Source of the DNA: Paramecium tetraurelia
Taxonomy: Eukaryota
DNA: 64,000 bases
Assembly: GCA_000165425.1 (NCBI GenBank)
Contig: CT868661.1
Span: 124,001 to 188,000, forward strand
Reading direction: 5' to 3'
The position numbers were made by a program, and so were the translations under genes. The stretch's first letter is position 1. Every line of letters starts with the position of its first letter. Below the pieces are notes generated by a model that ran no database searches, had not been told where the DNA came from, and worked only from the letters and a program-made list of their open reading frames with translations. Positions 40,699 through 54,927 of this stretch are shown here, piece after piece.

Positions 40699-41549
40699 AC
40701 ATTCGACTATTTAAACTATATAAATATGTACTCGTCATTTTATAATAATATCAAAAGATATTCTATATTGTCTAACTTCATTTTTGCATTAAAATTTTCT
40801 CTGTATTACATTATATTTTAGTATGAATATTCTTATATACAATTTTTAATAAGTCATTATAATCTATTATCGTCTGAGGACATCATCTTCTTTGTTTACA
40901 TCTTCTAAATTTCAATCAATTTTGTTGTAGTCCCTTTTCTTCTCTGTCAATTTATTTTATAAATTCTAATCTTATTTAAGAAGTAACAATTTAAATTCCC
41001 ATTGAGTGATTGTTTTAACTCTTCCACTATATTTGTGCCTTCCATGCATGTATTATTTGAAAATAATTGATTTTTCAATTAAGAGTATTATTGAGTAATT
41101 CCTTATTCTGCTTGTCTTCATGGATGAAGTTCTATAAAATGAACATGATAATATTAATGAAATTGGGATTAAGAAATTGAGAAAGTATAAATAACCTCAA
41201 ATGGATTAAGAGTTGTAAATTAATAAAATTAAAGAATGTAATTCATCTTAAATTTATTTTAATTGTATTAATAATTAACTTCTGATTATACTACAACTCT
41301 ATCTATTGTACACTTATTCAAGATCACAAAATTAAAAAATATACACTTAAAAATCTAATGATTTCAATAATCAATAGAGATATTGTGTTTAAGTCAATAA
41401 ATAATCAATTTTATTACTGATATGATTTAGTATAAATTCCTCAAACCATTGAATAATTAGTGGTGACAATTTATGAAAAAATTAAATTTGAATATTAAAG
41501 AATTAAATTTGAATAATTTGTGAAAAAAAAATCATATAAAAATTTAAAA

Positions 41550-44122
41550 ATGTCTCAAAATCCTACATCGAAAAAAGGATTAAAGCTGAGTGCTCCTTTT
41601 GAGCCAACAGCCAATCCTTCCTTTGCACAACCTTATTACCCTCCACCAAAATATTATAACGAACCACCCTACTACGCTTAGACTTATGTCCCTACCTCAT
41701 CAAACCAACAAGGAATGCATGAATAGGGAAATACTATAAACTCATTGTCTCTGAATGGAGGTAACAATGCAAATCTAAGTCAATCAACATCCGCCAATGC
41801 AACCAACGGATAATAGCCACAATAAAATGCTTAAAAGCCTAAGAAGAGATTGGTGTTAAATAGTAACACTCAATAAAAATTTGTACTTGATCAAACTGTG
41901 GAAAAGAAAGTATTACTTTAAATTAAATAATAGGCTGATGAAGAGTAGAGGAAATTGGAAGAGTAAAAGAAGTTAGAAGAAGAGAAGTTAAAAAAAGAAT
42001 AAGAATAACAAAGATTGCTAGAGCTAAGAAAACCTAAACCCTACTCGAAGGAAGAACTTAAGAAATTGGTCGAGGCAATTAATGTAATTTTAAAAATAAT
42101 CATTTAGGATTTCAACGAGTATTTTGATAAACAAGAGTGGTAACTTTTAAAGGAAAGAAAGCACTTTAACATAAAAGAGTTATAAACTAAAACTCAGCCT
42201 CCTAGAAAGGAAGGCAAGGTAAACACCTATACAAAGACACCAAATCAGAGACCCCCTAATAAACCAGCTGCACCTACAGTTTAACCATTTGACAGAGCAC
42301 AAATCTAACCAGCAACTGAAACTCAACCAAAGATCATCATTGTTAGAGTTGTTGAAGACATTCAAACCAAATAGTTAAAAGATAGAATGAAAACCTAAGC
42401 AGAAGATTTCTTCTAGACTTTGAATCAAACTCCTGAATAGAGAGAGATCATTTTCAAAGAACTGAGATACAGATTGAATTAATTGGCACCAGACAATTTT
42501 GAAATGGCTTCTCAAAATATTATAAAAGTCGTAATAGATAAGTAATAGAAATTAATTATTATTATAGTAAAAGTGAAAATGATTCAACCTATTTGGAGTA
42601 TTTGGCATAAAAAATCATTGAGAAATCCTAAACTGAACCAAAATATAGAAAACTATACACCAAATTATGTTAACTCTTAATCAAAGAGCCATAACTCACC
42701 ATTGTCAAAGAGAAATAGGATGGCAAGGCTAAGAGTGTGTCTCTCTTTAAGAATCAACTTCTTAATTAAGTCCAATAAGTCTTTGATGAGAGAAAGAACA
42801 AGAAGGAAGATCTGTCTCACATGAAACCAGAGGAAAGAGAATAATATCACTTAATTAGAAAATAAAAAATTATGGGAAGTATGTACATTTATAATTACTC
42901 AAGATGTCCGCTTTATTGGAGACTTATTTTTATCCAAAGTGCTTCCAATCTTAGCTGTCGAATATGCAATCAGAGAATTAATTTCCGATTATGTTGCCTA
43001 ATATTTACCAAATCAAGAGAATAGTGAAGAATCTATTGAGGGTTTGATTGAATTATTAGACTAAAGTAAATATATATACAAGCATATTTAGTTGGTGGAT
43101 CATACAAGACTTAGAGCATTACTGATTTTGATGTTTTGAAGAAGGATCTCGAATAATTCTTTGACGGTACAACCAAAAATTTGGAAGAAGCTAAAGCATT
43201 CTTATAAAAAAAGCTTGAAAAAAACCTATCCATTGATATCATTATGGAAATGTAACTAATTAATTTAATACATTAGATTCAATTTACTTATATCTAAGTA
43301 TAAGGTCTCATAAAGAATTTCTATGTTGATAGAAAATGTGTAAGAGAGAAGAAACTAAGGATGGAAGGATCATTATAGCAGATAAGATTAAGCTTAGAGT
43401 GTAAAGACTATTCATCAAGAACAAGAGAAGGAAATTATTGAATAGAATTATAATCAAAGTAAGAATAAGAACAAGAAATATTAAACATAATAAGTGCTCT
43501 ATGTTGAAAAAAATTCAAGTTAATAATCATCTTCAGCATCTTCTCAATAAAAGTAGTAATTGTTTGATTTAAATGAATTGGCAATCTTTGTTTAAGGAAC
43601 CTTCAACATGGAACCCTAACAATAGGAAGCTAAACTTTTGGAAGAATTGAAAAGAGTCGGACCTTCAGATGAAGCAATTCAAAAGTTCTTCGAAATTTTC
43701 TTTGAATAACTTCTTTCATGTAATAGATTCAATAGATTATTTAGATAAATTAATTAAACAGAATATTGAAAGAGCTCAAATGGTCTTTGAATTATTGAGC
43801 AAAGCAGAAGCCAAGGAAGAGATTGTCAAGAAGGCTACTCAGAAGGTAATTTGATAATTCTAGTTTGTAGGCTTTGAATGAAGACAAAGTGTACGATCTA
43901 GCTGATTCACCAACAGCAATTGATTTATTGGTTGATATCATTGGGTATTTCTTAAATGATTCAGATATCAACTCATTAAAGAAATTGTATTTCAAACCTG
44001 AAGTTGACATCGAAGACTTTAATGATTTCATGAGCAAGATAGCCACTCAATTACTCATTAAATATTCTGATAAAGAGAATATAATTAAAGAATACTATGG
44101 CATCCTAGGTTATTAAATTTGA
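41550..44122 (+). CDS. eIF4G-like MIF4G-domain protein
   Basis: RLNQLAPDNF, IIEKSQTEPKY..LYTKLC, FKNQLLNQVQ, MGNVRFIGDLF; upstream YSKEELK resembles the eIF4E-binding motif. Confidence 0.85.
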
Positions 44123-44218
44123 TTATATATATTTGTTGGATATGTAGTTGTTGTATAAGTATTGATATTTCCAATCAAATTAAATTAGAGTTAATTAAAG
44201 ATACACCATTTATATATA

Positions 44219-45331
44219 TCATTGTTGTTGTGGTTGTTGTTTTTTGATGTTCTTGCTCTTGGGGCCCATGGGAGTGAAATGATTGGTTGAACCTCTTCTA
44301 TCAAGGAAATTCTTAATCATCTCAGAACTAACTCTAGAAGACATTGAACTGCCAACTCTATAAGGTGTAATGGAACTCAATCTCCTCTTCAACCACCTAA
44401 CATTAATTTATAATGGTACTCTTCTTATTATTTTTATTCATTCCTTTTCTTAATATTCAATTGTTATGTTAGATTGGATCCTACTTTGTCTCTTTAAGAA
44501 CTCGGGGGAATCATGTAGGATCTATCCAACTACACTGGAGTCTCACCCAATTCTCCCCAAGTCATCAAAGGAGTTTTCATGTTTTGAGGAGCAGGAGAAA
44601 AGAGACCAAGCATGTCATCATCCTCAAACCTCTAGGCTCCGACCAAATTGGGGGTGCTTCCATAAAAAACTTAAACACCCTATGCATTTAAGCATTCCTG
44701 AAGTTTTCTCTTTTGCAATTTCTAATCTATTTAATTGATTGCAAAATCTAAGGGCTTATGGTGATCAGAAAATCTGGTGTTTTGGATTTCCACTTTTTAC
44801 AAATTCAATGAATTGTCTGTTTCTTTGAGTTCTTAGATTTCTGGTTGTAGTCTAAATAGTACAGATTCTTACCTTTCATTTCTAGGGTCCATTCTAAAAT
44901 ACAATGGATTCAAAGCCTTGTATTCATTTAATTGGAGGTTGTTTTCTCTGTTGCCTTCAATCATATGCTATAATTTATCAGATTGAAGTGCTGCTTATTT
45001 AAGTCTATGTTATTCTTCCACTTAAAACATCCATGCATGTTTCTAATACCATTAATCATCACCCTTCTTAATTATTTGATTTAAGGTAACATTTTCGTCT
45101 GAAGTATAAGTACTCAGAAATTTACTTAACGACATATTTTCATCGGGATTTCTATTTTCTGATTATTTAAAAATGATACCCATCTTCATTTCTCATTTTG
45201 TCTAGTTTGTATAATTCAGGATAATAGTCTCTTTTGATAATAATTTCTAATCTTCTCAAGTATTCCTCCTCAGGTAACACATTCCCTTCAACTCTTTATT
45301 TAGGTTTTGGCACAGGAAATTCATCACTCAT
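44219..45331 (-). CDS. ESS2: Splicing factor ESS-2/DGCR14 homolog
   Basis: VLPEEEYLRRLEIIIKRDYYPEL, FLSTYTSDEN, MTWG motif. Confidence 0.85.
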
Positions 45332-45360
45332 TTTAATTTATATAGTAATTTAATTATTGT

Positions 45361-47553
45361 TCATTTAAAATAACTACGAAAATTTAATTCATCAGACACT
45401 TCCAAACTTGAATTTCGTTTTAGCATTGGTTCGTAATTCTCTTTGCCAACCTTACTCATACTGCTCTTTTCATGAGAACAGATATGTTTCAAAGGTTCCT
45501 TAAATTATTGACCACCACCTCCCTGTAATTCTATATATGAGGGACTGCTCATATTGATTTAAGATTAAAAGTAACTTTAAAATGACTCTATTTCATTTTT
45601 ACTCTATTCTTCAATTTTCTTGTTATCTGTGACATCCCAAAATTATACATTAATGGCAGATGTATCAAATAAATACTTTGGATATTTAATAGGTTTAGAT
45701 GTAACTAATTTTAGTGTTTCAGTATTCTCTCCTTTTAATTTAATTTCCTTTTTTAATTTAACTTTATAAATATTCTACATCATGACTTAGAGATTTTCAG
45801 TCATTTAATCTAAAGTGTCATTATTCAACAACATCATCTCATCCATATCTATCATATTATGATAGCAAAGTGCTATTTTCTATAATTTATTTTTCTCATC
45901 CTGTAAATCTTTGCTTAATTATTTATACTTTCTTGTTTTCGCCTTTTGATTCGCATATCTCTTTTTTGTTTGCACTACCGTTTCTTATTACTTCTACTTT
46001 AAATCCATGACTTGATTTTCCAAAGTCTATTTTTCTGATTTTTAAATTATGAATTCTTCCTATAATTCTTGATATTTTTTAATAGTTCCAAAAGAATCAA
46101 TTACATCTTATTTAACTTCCATTTCTTTGATTCCTTTTTCAGGCACCCATAGAACACCAACTCCGTGATAATGCAAATGAGTCCATTAATAATTGAGTTC
46201 TTTATTAATCATAGCTTGAATGTGGTCAGAAGTTGTAAACTATTATCTAAATATTTTCCTTTATTCTTCCAGTTTTTCAATGATCTTCAACATCATCTCT
46301 TGTTATTACTTATCATCCACTCTGGCTTTTTATAGTTCATTAATCTTATCCTCATAATCCTTAATTACTCTATTGAGACTCTCATCATTATCAAATCCAA
46401 CTATATTTTTAGAAACATTATTTTCTATCTTCTTTGCATTAGTACCGAATCTCAAAGTAGATAATGTTTATTCAAATTAACTATAACATGGATTAACACA
46501 TAGAATTATTGCAGTCCTGGAATTACCACCCAAAGAGGATCGCAATATTTTAGTCAATGGAGAATTCCTGTATGGTATATGTTAATCGCTAAAATGATAT
46601 CAATCTAAATGATTACTTTTTATCTTAGGCTCTCAATGAAATGACTTAAGTTAAAAAGAACAGACTCTTATTAATATGTTTTGATTCATTTTATCTATCC
46701 TTGTATTGAGATCCTCCATTTCCACCAGCTGATGTGCCTCTCTTCTTAAGCATTGAATCATGAATGTTGATCTTCTCTGATCCTGCCAAATCCACAAAAT
46801 TCAGTATCGACTCTGTAATTACTGAATTAGGTCCGATGTAATTGGGAACACATCTCACATACAATCTAAAGATAGTGTGAGATCGACTGCTGCAATGGTT
46901 CATGACTGTTGAGGCATAATGTCGATTGCTTTCTCCAAATTGAAGAATATCCATGATTTCGTTAATATTAGTTACTACCTCTTCAACTGCTCCTTTAATA
47001 ACAAATTCCTTATTGAAATCCTCATTTATTAATAGAGTGTCACTCAATCTTTCTTGAGTAGCCAATAAATCGTATACTTAGTCAGTATATATTTCAACAT
47101 AACTGCATCTTAAGAAATATTGTCTATCCGATTGCTTTGCTATTTCTCCGAATAAATCTTTCAATCCTTATTTAAGAATTCCCTCTTCTTAATCATAGCC
47201 CATCATAGTATATGTCTTACCACTCCCTGTCTGACCGTACATGAAGACTGTTCCATTTATGCCTTGCAAGGAAGATAATGTGATCCTCTAAATTTATTAT
47301 GAGTATATAAATTTGGTGGTGTGTTTGGAATCGAAACATTAGTCTATTAATAATTCATTCTAAAGTGCATACTAAAAGTAAATTCAACTCTCTGGCCTGG
47401 GACGAACTTCCTCATCCTTACTAAATCATTGAATCTATCATTTGAAATGGTTATGGTGTCTTGATTTTGAACTGACCAGATTTCCAAATCATTGTTGTCT
47501 CTTTCAGCCCCATTCGAAGGTCTGATTCGAACCACAACTTGGATGTTCTCCAT
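45361..47553 (-). CDS. N-terminal-motor kinesin (kinesin-7/CENP-E-like)
   Basis: [44 protein letters not shown]; coiled-coil tail. Confidence 0.92.
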
Positions 47554-47641
47554 TTATTTTAATTTAAATTATTAACAGAATAATTTTATGCCGAAATGAA
47601 TTATTATATATTGATATTAATATTTCTGATAATTCATTATA

Positions 47642-48813
47642 TCAAAAGACCTCTTCTCTGATTTAAAGGAATTCGGAAGCAGCACTCACCTTCTAAGTAA
47701 GAACTTCTTATAATCTTTCAACGACTTCCAATTATTATTCTCTTTCAAAAGTTTAGGCTTCGTATTAAGCTTCTTATTCGGCAGCCCATCTCTCTTAAAT
47801 AGCCAATGAATCTTCAGCATCTTCAAGGAATAACTAAGAGGGGATTAATCTTAATTATTACAGTTTAGTCTTCCAAGTCTTCAACAGCCTCTTAGATGGT
47901 GACTTTGAATTGAACAATTGAGTTTTCTAAGAAAGCCTTTCTCTCAACTAATCTCTTGTGTTCCTCTGTCAAATGACCACTTTAGACTTCCCAGTTGGCA
48001 GCTTATTTCTCTTCTGTTGCAAGGAGTGAAGCTCTGCTGGCAACTAATTGTTATCTGATTTGGGCCAAGAGTTCCAAAATCTTGATGATGCTCTTGTTGT
48101 CGACCTTGGAGGCTAATTATGTCAAGGCGTTGATGAGTGGCTATTGATATAATTATTTAATACTTTGAAGAGAGCGTGTTTGCTTTCCATTAATTTAGCT
48201 TAGACTTTCTCGAATCTGCTCTTGAGTTGAGCAAATGCAACACCTGCTTACAAATGTTAAACGATCTTTGAGGCTTCGTCAATGGCATCGATTTAATCAA
48301 CATGTTCAGCATCCTTTCTAACCCATGTTTCGTGTTGTGAATTTCTAGTAGCTTATTCATCAGCAAAGCTCTTCTCGTTATTGGCAATATCAGATGTGAC
48401 AACTCTGACTTCAACTTCAGCTTCTCCCAAAGCCTCAGTGGTGGAGTCTCTCAAATTTGAAAGAGCAACAATCTATGTTTAGTGATAAGCGATCTCTTAT
48501 TCTAAGTCAGCGATGATCTATTCAAAATTTATACTATTTCTATACCTTCTCAAAGGCAACTGTGTCACTTTCGTGAACCTTGTCGGCTTTCTTTTGATCT
48601 CCATTGAGTTATGAAGCAATATTGTTTAAGAGGATTTAGATTTCTCCGACTGGTCCTCCTGTTGCCAATTAAAGTTGGAGGACTGACAATATTGAGTTTC
48701 CAGAATGAATCCTTGTTGATTTAAGCCAACACTTCCTTTGGACTCTCACTTCTTGTTACTCTAGCAGTAGCCACTGCCAATATAAGTGTCAATACAGGGA
48801 TGATTCTTGCCAT
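47642..48813 (-). CDS. Trichocyst matrix protein precursor (T4-type), with a +1 frameshift at about 48702
   Basis: Signal peptide then RVTRSESPKEVLAQINKDSF/GNSILSVLQLQLATGGPVGEIQ; heptad coiled coils; 3 introns; strong codon bias. Confidence 0.88.
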
Positions 48814-49447
48814 ATTAAAATTAATAATGAAATATAATCACATCCAACAGAGAAGAGACATTAAAAAACCCGTTTTTCGATTATTTGTTAAAAATATATA
48901 TATTCTTATTTTTATTATTAACTTTTTGTTTCAAGCCAATCTAATGCTTCTATATATTTTTTATAACATAAAACCATGTTGACTCTTAGAGGTCTTTTCA
49001 CAAAATAGTGAATATTCTGCTAATACAAAATTATATCTTATTAATTTATAAAATATCATATATAAACAATTTTAGTTTAAATTAAAATTAAGTTATTGAT
49101 ATTTTCAATAAAAGAATATCTAAATTGTGAATTCTGTCTTATAATCCTACTTTTTCAAAATTTACATACCATCTTACAGGAATTAAAGGCTTTAGACATA
49201 CCTTTTGAAAGATTAGTTTACAATTTGCTTTAATTCTTTCTATTAATGGTTATTTTTGCTTATGAAAAAATGGGTGCATAGAGACTACTGCTAGAAATTC
49301 TTTATTACTTAGTGGTATTTATTGATTTGTTGTTGGTTAATAGTAGGCTTGACAGTAATTTTGGTTATTAAAATTTAGTTTTGTGTTTAAATAGAAAATG
49401 GGTTGTTAAAAAATAATTTATTTATCTTTTTATTACTAATCCATATT

Positions 49448-52344
49448 ATGAATAATTCTGGAGATGATATTTAGTTACTAAAAAAAACTATTAATGAGAA
49501 AGACTAACAGATAAGTGAGCTTGAAAAAAAATTGAGATTAGAGTAATTTAGAATGAAAAAGCAATAGAGTGAACTAAACTCGAAAATAGAGAATGAGAAA
49601 TCTACTGCGCAAAATAATGCTGATTAAATCAACCGATTTGAATTGCAGATAAATAATCTTAAATCTAAGGTAGTTATGAAATTCATATTTTAGTTGAGTG
49701 AAACTGAAAAAAAGAATTTATAGTTAATAGAAGAGATAAGTACCTTAAAAAAAAGAAGAACATCAGGTTCCACAGACGAGGACTTTCAACCAAAGAAAGA
49801 ACTTCAAGGAGATTTTCCTTCTCTCCAATAGATTCTAGGAATAATACAAATAAATCAAGGCAATTATCAACCTGAACTTTCTAAACTATATGAATGCTAC
49901 ACATAAGCATGTCAAAGTAAAGACGAGCAAATTAATTCATTATAGGAAGAAATCAAAGATCTTACACAATAGATAGACATTAAAGTATACCTGTTAGCAA
50001 ATGATGTTTTAGTAATCTGAGTCATCAAAGTAACTGGAATCATAAGAAGAACGAATTAAATAATTAAAATAGAGTCTGGATTAGAGAGAGAATGAGTTGA
50101 AGAATGTTGTGCAACAAACAAGTGATAATAGTGATCAAAAGATTTAAGAATTAGAAAAACAATATCAAACTTAATTAAGCGAAAAAGATAAACAATTACA
50201 AGAAGCAACTAAAAAAGCAAAGTTTGATGTTTTTAAGTTAAATAAACAACTTAATGAATAAAAGACATAAATAGAAAGTGAATAAGCCAAGACTAACTTA
50301 TTGTAATAATAAATTGAAAGGCATGAAAGTTCATTGAGAGAATTGGAAATCAAAGTAAGATTTAATTCAAATCATTTTAGATTTCTGAATTAGAATAAAA
50401 GAATTTACACTTAATTGAAGAAGTAAAGCAAAAGCAATTAGAAATAGAAAGGCTTAATGAGGAAAGTCTGTCTAGAGTGTAAGGTGAGGAGATCTCTGTA
50501 GATAAGCCTTCATATTAAGAGTTAGTCGATTTAATCTAGAAATTTTAAGCAAATGAGATCACTTATCAATAAGAAATGAAAAATTTAGAGGAGGAACTAA
50601 ACTTGAAGAATAACCATTCCTTTGAATTATAAGAGGAACTTAATCAATAAATTGAAAAATTCTAGTTGCATGATAGAAAAGTAATCTGATTTGCAATAAA
50701 CTTAGTATTAAGATAGTCTAAAATCAATTAAGGCTTTGGAAGAATAATAAGCTAGTGAAAGACATGTTTCCTAAGATTTACAGCATTATGTTGAATAATT
50801 AAAATAAGAGAAAGAACATTAATAAGCAGAATTTATACACAAAATTAAAGAGTTGAGTGAACACAATACCAACATTGATGATGCTGTTTATGATGTGGAA
50901 TAAAAGTATTAAAAAATGATAATGATTTAAGAAGAACAATATTAACGGAGGGAGTAGGAATTAATTCATTAAATAGAATAAACAGAGGAAAAATAAAGTT
51001 AACAAGAATAATTATTGAAAAAGTAAGAACAAAAGTATAAAAATGAAATTAAAGAAAAAGAGGAGAATAACAATTAATTGTTTTAATAAAAACAACTTTA
51101 AATTACTTAGTTGTAAAAATAACTATAAGATGAAACTCATAAGACAAGAGAGGAAAGCAATAAATAAATAAATGAAATTAAATAAGAGAATTATAAAAAG
51201 GAGAAACAACTGGAGTAAAGGGTTTAAGAGGTAACAAAGCAATACGAGGGAGAACTTAATAAGATAAAAAAGATGGAGATCATTTTAAAGAAGAAAGAAA
51301 GAGAAATAGCAGAAGAAAAAGAAGGAAAAAGATTTGCTGAAGAATAATTACAAATTCTAACAGATAAATGCAATAAGTTGATTGAATAATATGATAATAA
51401 AATCAGAGAGATTTAGATTGCAAATTAAGTAACCAAGTAAGATTAACACAGACATTCCATATTTGATTAGAGAATGTCAATTTCAAGTTCAGACATCAAT
51501 AAAACATTCGAAATTGAAGTTTTGAAAGCTCAAATTGAATAATTGTAATAAAAGGGAGATATAGAATTGTAAGCTGAAATTAATAGATTAAATGAAAGAG
51601 AAAGAGCATTAAAGAAGGAATTGATTGATTTATAAAATGAAATAGGCAATGAACGACTCAACCTCACGGTAGTTTAAAGATAGTTAGAACAAGAAGTTGA
51701 AAGCTTGAATTAAGAAATTAGCAATTTGAAAATGGATCAATAGAGTGAATTAGATCAAATTAATGATTAAAATAATAGAAATTTATCATCTTAAAAAAAT
51801 GAATTCTAAACCAAAATAAATAAATTAGAATAAAAATTAGAACAACAAGCAAATCAATTTCAACAGAAGTAAAGTGAAATTGAAGAAGAAAAAGACAACA
51901 TTATTTAATAGTTAAAGGGTATACTATATTTTATATATATTTTTAGTTAAGATTAAATAATGTGAAGAATAAATTATTGAGTTAAAAGAAAAGAAAAACC
52001 TCAAGAATCCAACATAATAGACAATAATCTAAGATGATAATTTACAACTTTAATAGGAAATAAATTCTTTGAATGAAAAAGAGAGAGTATTGAGGAAGGA
52101 GATATTGGATTTGTAGAATGAATTAGGGAATTCGAAATTGAGTCAAACTATAAAAATCAGAGAACTAGAAACATTGGCTGAACAGTATAGATAAGAATCG
52201 ATTCATGCTCAGTAAGAGTAAGATTATGCTGAATAATTGACTGCAAAGATTAGTATATAGTATGCTGATTTGGCCATGGAATATGAAAAGACTGTACTTC
52301 AAAATAGATCTTATCGTAAATCAATTTCTAAAATAAAGTAATGA
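49448..52344 (+). CDS. Large coiled-coil protein
   Basis: Q/E/K-rich heptad frame with about 5 tiny introns, ends TGA. Confidence 0.8.
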
Positions 52345-52489
52345 ACCACATTTTTATCATTATTATGAATTATATACTATTGAGTTATGTCTTTGGATTT
52401 CATATCAGAATGTGTAATAGTGAATGTAAATTCATAACTTTAAATCATTCTTGACAATAGTTGTTTATTATTTTTAATTTTATAATAAT

Positions 52490-54927
52490 ATGAATTCCAA
52501 AAATAAAAACAACGATAGTTCAAGTGAAGATGATGCTAAAGTTTATGAGACACTAACAAAATTGCCTCCCGCAAATGAACTAATGCCACGCAAATTGACC
52601 ATCGATATTGATGTGAAATCTCTATTTCCCTTAAAGTGAGAATTTTATTTTTCGAAAAGTCAAGACCTTTGCCTTAATTTAATCAGATTTATTCCACATT
52701 CATTGAAGAAATTTAGACTATACAACATCCTATCGAAGCATAGTAGCAGGAAGAGAGAACTTTGCTTGAATATTTCGAGGAGAATAAATAAAACTTGATT
52801 TACAAACGATTTGATCAACTTGATCTATCCAAGCGGAATCCTAACGATAGAACTTATTTTTCTACTCTATTTGCTAATTTCAAGAAGTTCATTTTGCATA
52901 TCATTAAATAGATAATATCCACGAGTATATTTTCGAGGGGATCCACTCTTTGATTAGAAGCTAATACCATGTCAAACAGATTAATTGAAGTTCGATTCAA
53001 ATTTTGAATCAGGAAATTTATTCTGTGCATTCAAAAGAGCTGATAATGTCTATGATCTAATACTCCAAAATGATATTAATACTCGAGGCAATACACAATG
53101 GTTTTTTTTTAGTGTAACTGGAGCTTAAGCAGGTCAAACTGTTTAATTTAATTTGCTTAATCATGTAAAATAAAAACATAATACTAGCTCAAAAGCAGCA
53201 GTTTATTTAATGAAGGATTGCAACCAGCCATCTATTCAATCAAAGAGAACGAAATCAATAAAAAAGAATGGACTCGAGGTGGATTCAACATAAGTTATTT
53301 CAAGAGTCCCTTTATTAAAGAATACCCTCAAACTATGAAAGCTAAATATTACTAATTGAGGTTCAGTTACACTTTTCAACACAATAATGACAAGGTCTAT
53401 TTTGCTCATTCCTATCCCTATACCTACACTAATCTATTAGAATTTTTGAATTCCATTCTAATTAATCCAGAAAAGAATTAACACATGTCTAGGAAATCAT
53501 TATGTACAACATTGGGTGGGAATACATGCGAAGTATTAACAATAACATCCAACTCTATGTAACGCAGAGCCTACAGAAAAGGAGTAGTCTTTTTGGCCAG
53601 ATAACATCCAGGAGAACCTTAGGGATCATATGTGATGCAGGGAATTATTGAGTATCTAACATCGAATAATCCCCAAGCAGAATATTTGAGATAGAATTGC
53701 ATCTTTAAAATATTTCCTATGATGAATACTGATGGAGTTGTCAATGGGAATTACAGATGTGGTTTAGAAGGAAGTGATTTCAATAGGAGATGGAAAAAGC
53801 CAAATAAGTATCTTCATCCCACTGTCTATTATGCTAAGAAATACATTAAAGGATTTAGCAAGGAAAGGCAAATCATTTTGGTTATTGATCTACATGGACA
53901 TTCGAGAAAGCAATCATCTTTTGTATATGGATGCGCTTACTCTTCTTAAGTTAAGACTATAGAGAGAGTCTTCGCTTTGCTTATGGCTAAAATGAATCCT
54001 TTTATGGATTACTCATCATGTACATTTAGAGTTGAAAGCTCGAAGGATAAGACTGCAAGAATTCAAATTTGGAGAGAATTAAAAATCAATTGGGTTTACA
54101 CTTATGAATGCAGTTTCTATGGGTAATAGAAGAAGCACTTCTAAATCAAAGACTATATCAATTGTGGGGTAAGCATCTGTAATTCATTATCTTAAATTGT
54201 AAAAGATACTTCTAAAGAATTCACAAATCAAGCCAACATCCCAGATATCTAATAATAAATGCTTGAGGAACTAGGCAAGATGCCTTAAACTGATGATCAA
54301 GATTAAGGCTCTGACACTAGTTAATCTGATGCAGAATTATCTGATGATGAAATCATACAATTATTTCAACCTAAAACTTATTCCTTGAAACAGAAAAACT
54401 TCCTAAAATAATTAGACACCAAGAAGAAACAAATTACTACCAAATAAACTTTAGTCACTCAAAAAAATAGCATTTTATAAGAATCACCTTCAAAAAATTA
54501 GCAATAATAGGATAAACTTCCCTAAAGTAGTTAAAAACCAAAGAATATTGCCTATAGAATTCCACCTCATGTGAAATTAAGATAAATTGAACCCATTAGA
54601 GAATAGTAATAGCCGATTATGGTTGATAAAAGCTGTTAGACTGATGATTGGATGTATAGATAATGGTTGATTTAAATTGGAAAACAGAAGAAATAGGAGG
54701 AATACCAAAGTCAAACTCCTACGAAAAATATTTATAAATCCTCATCCCAATCAGCTACAAGATTTATTGTCAAAAACTCATCAAAGCCCGATAGAGGAAG
54801 AATTGATTCTATTTCCTTAGTTAATTCTGGAATATAAAAAAGTATTAAACTATTTAAATATTATTTAGCTGCATTTAGTTAATAAAGATAGATTATGAGA
54901 TATTCAGGAAGCAACTTTATGTATTGA
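52490..54927 (+). CDS. Cytosolic carboxypeptidase (M14D, CCP/AGBL tubulin deglutamylase family)
   Basis: FESGNL, QWFFF, YPYTY, ARQHPGE, NTDGVVNGNYR, DLHGHS, YTYECSF. Confidence 0.92.
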
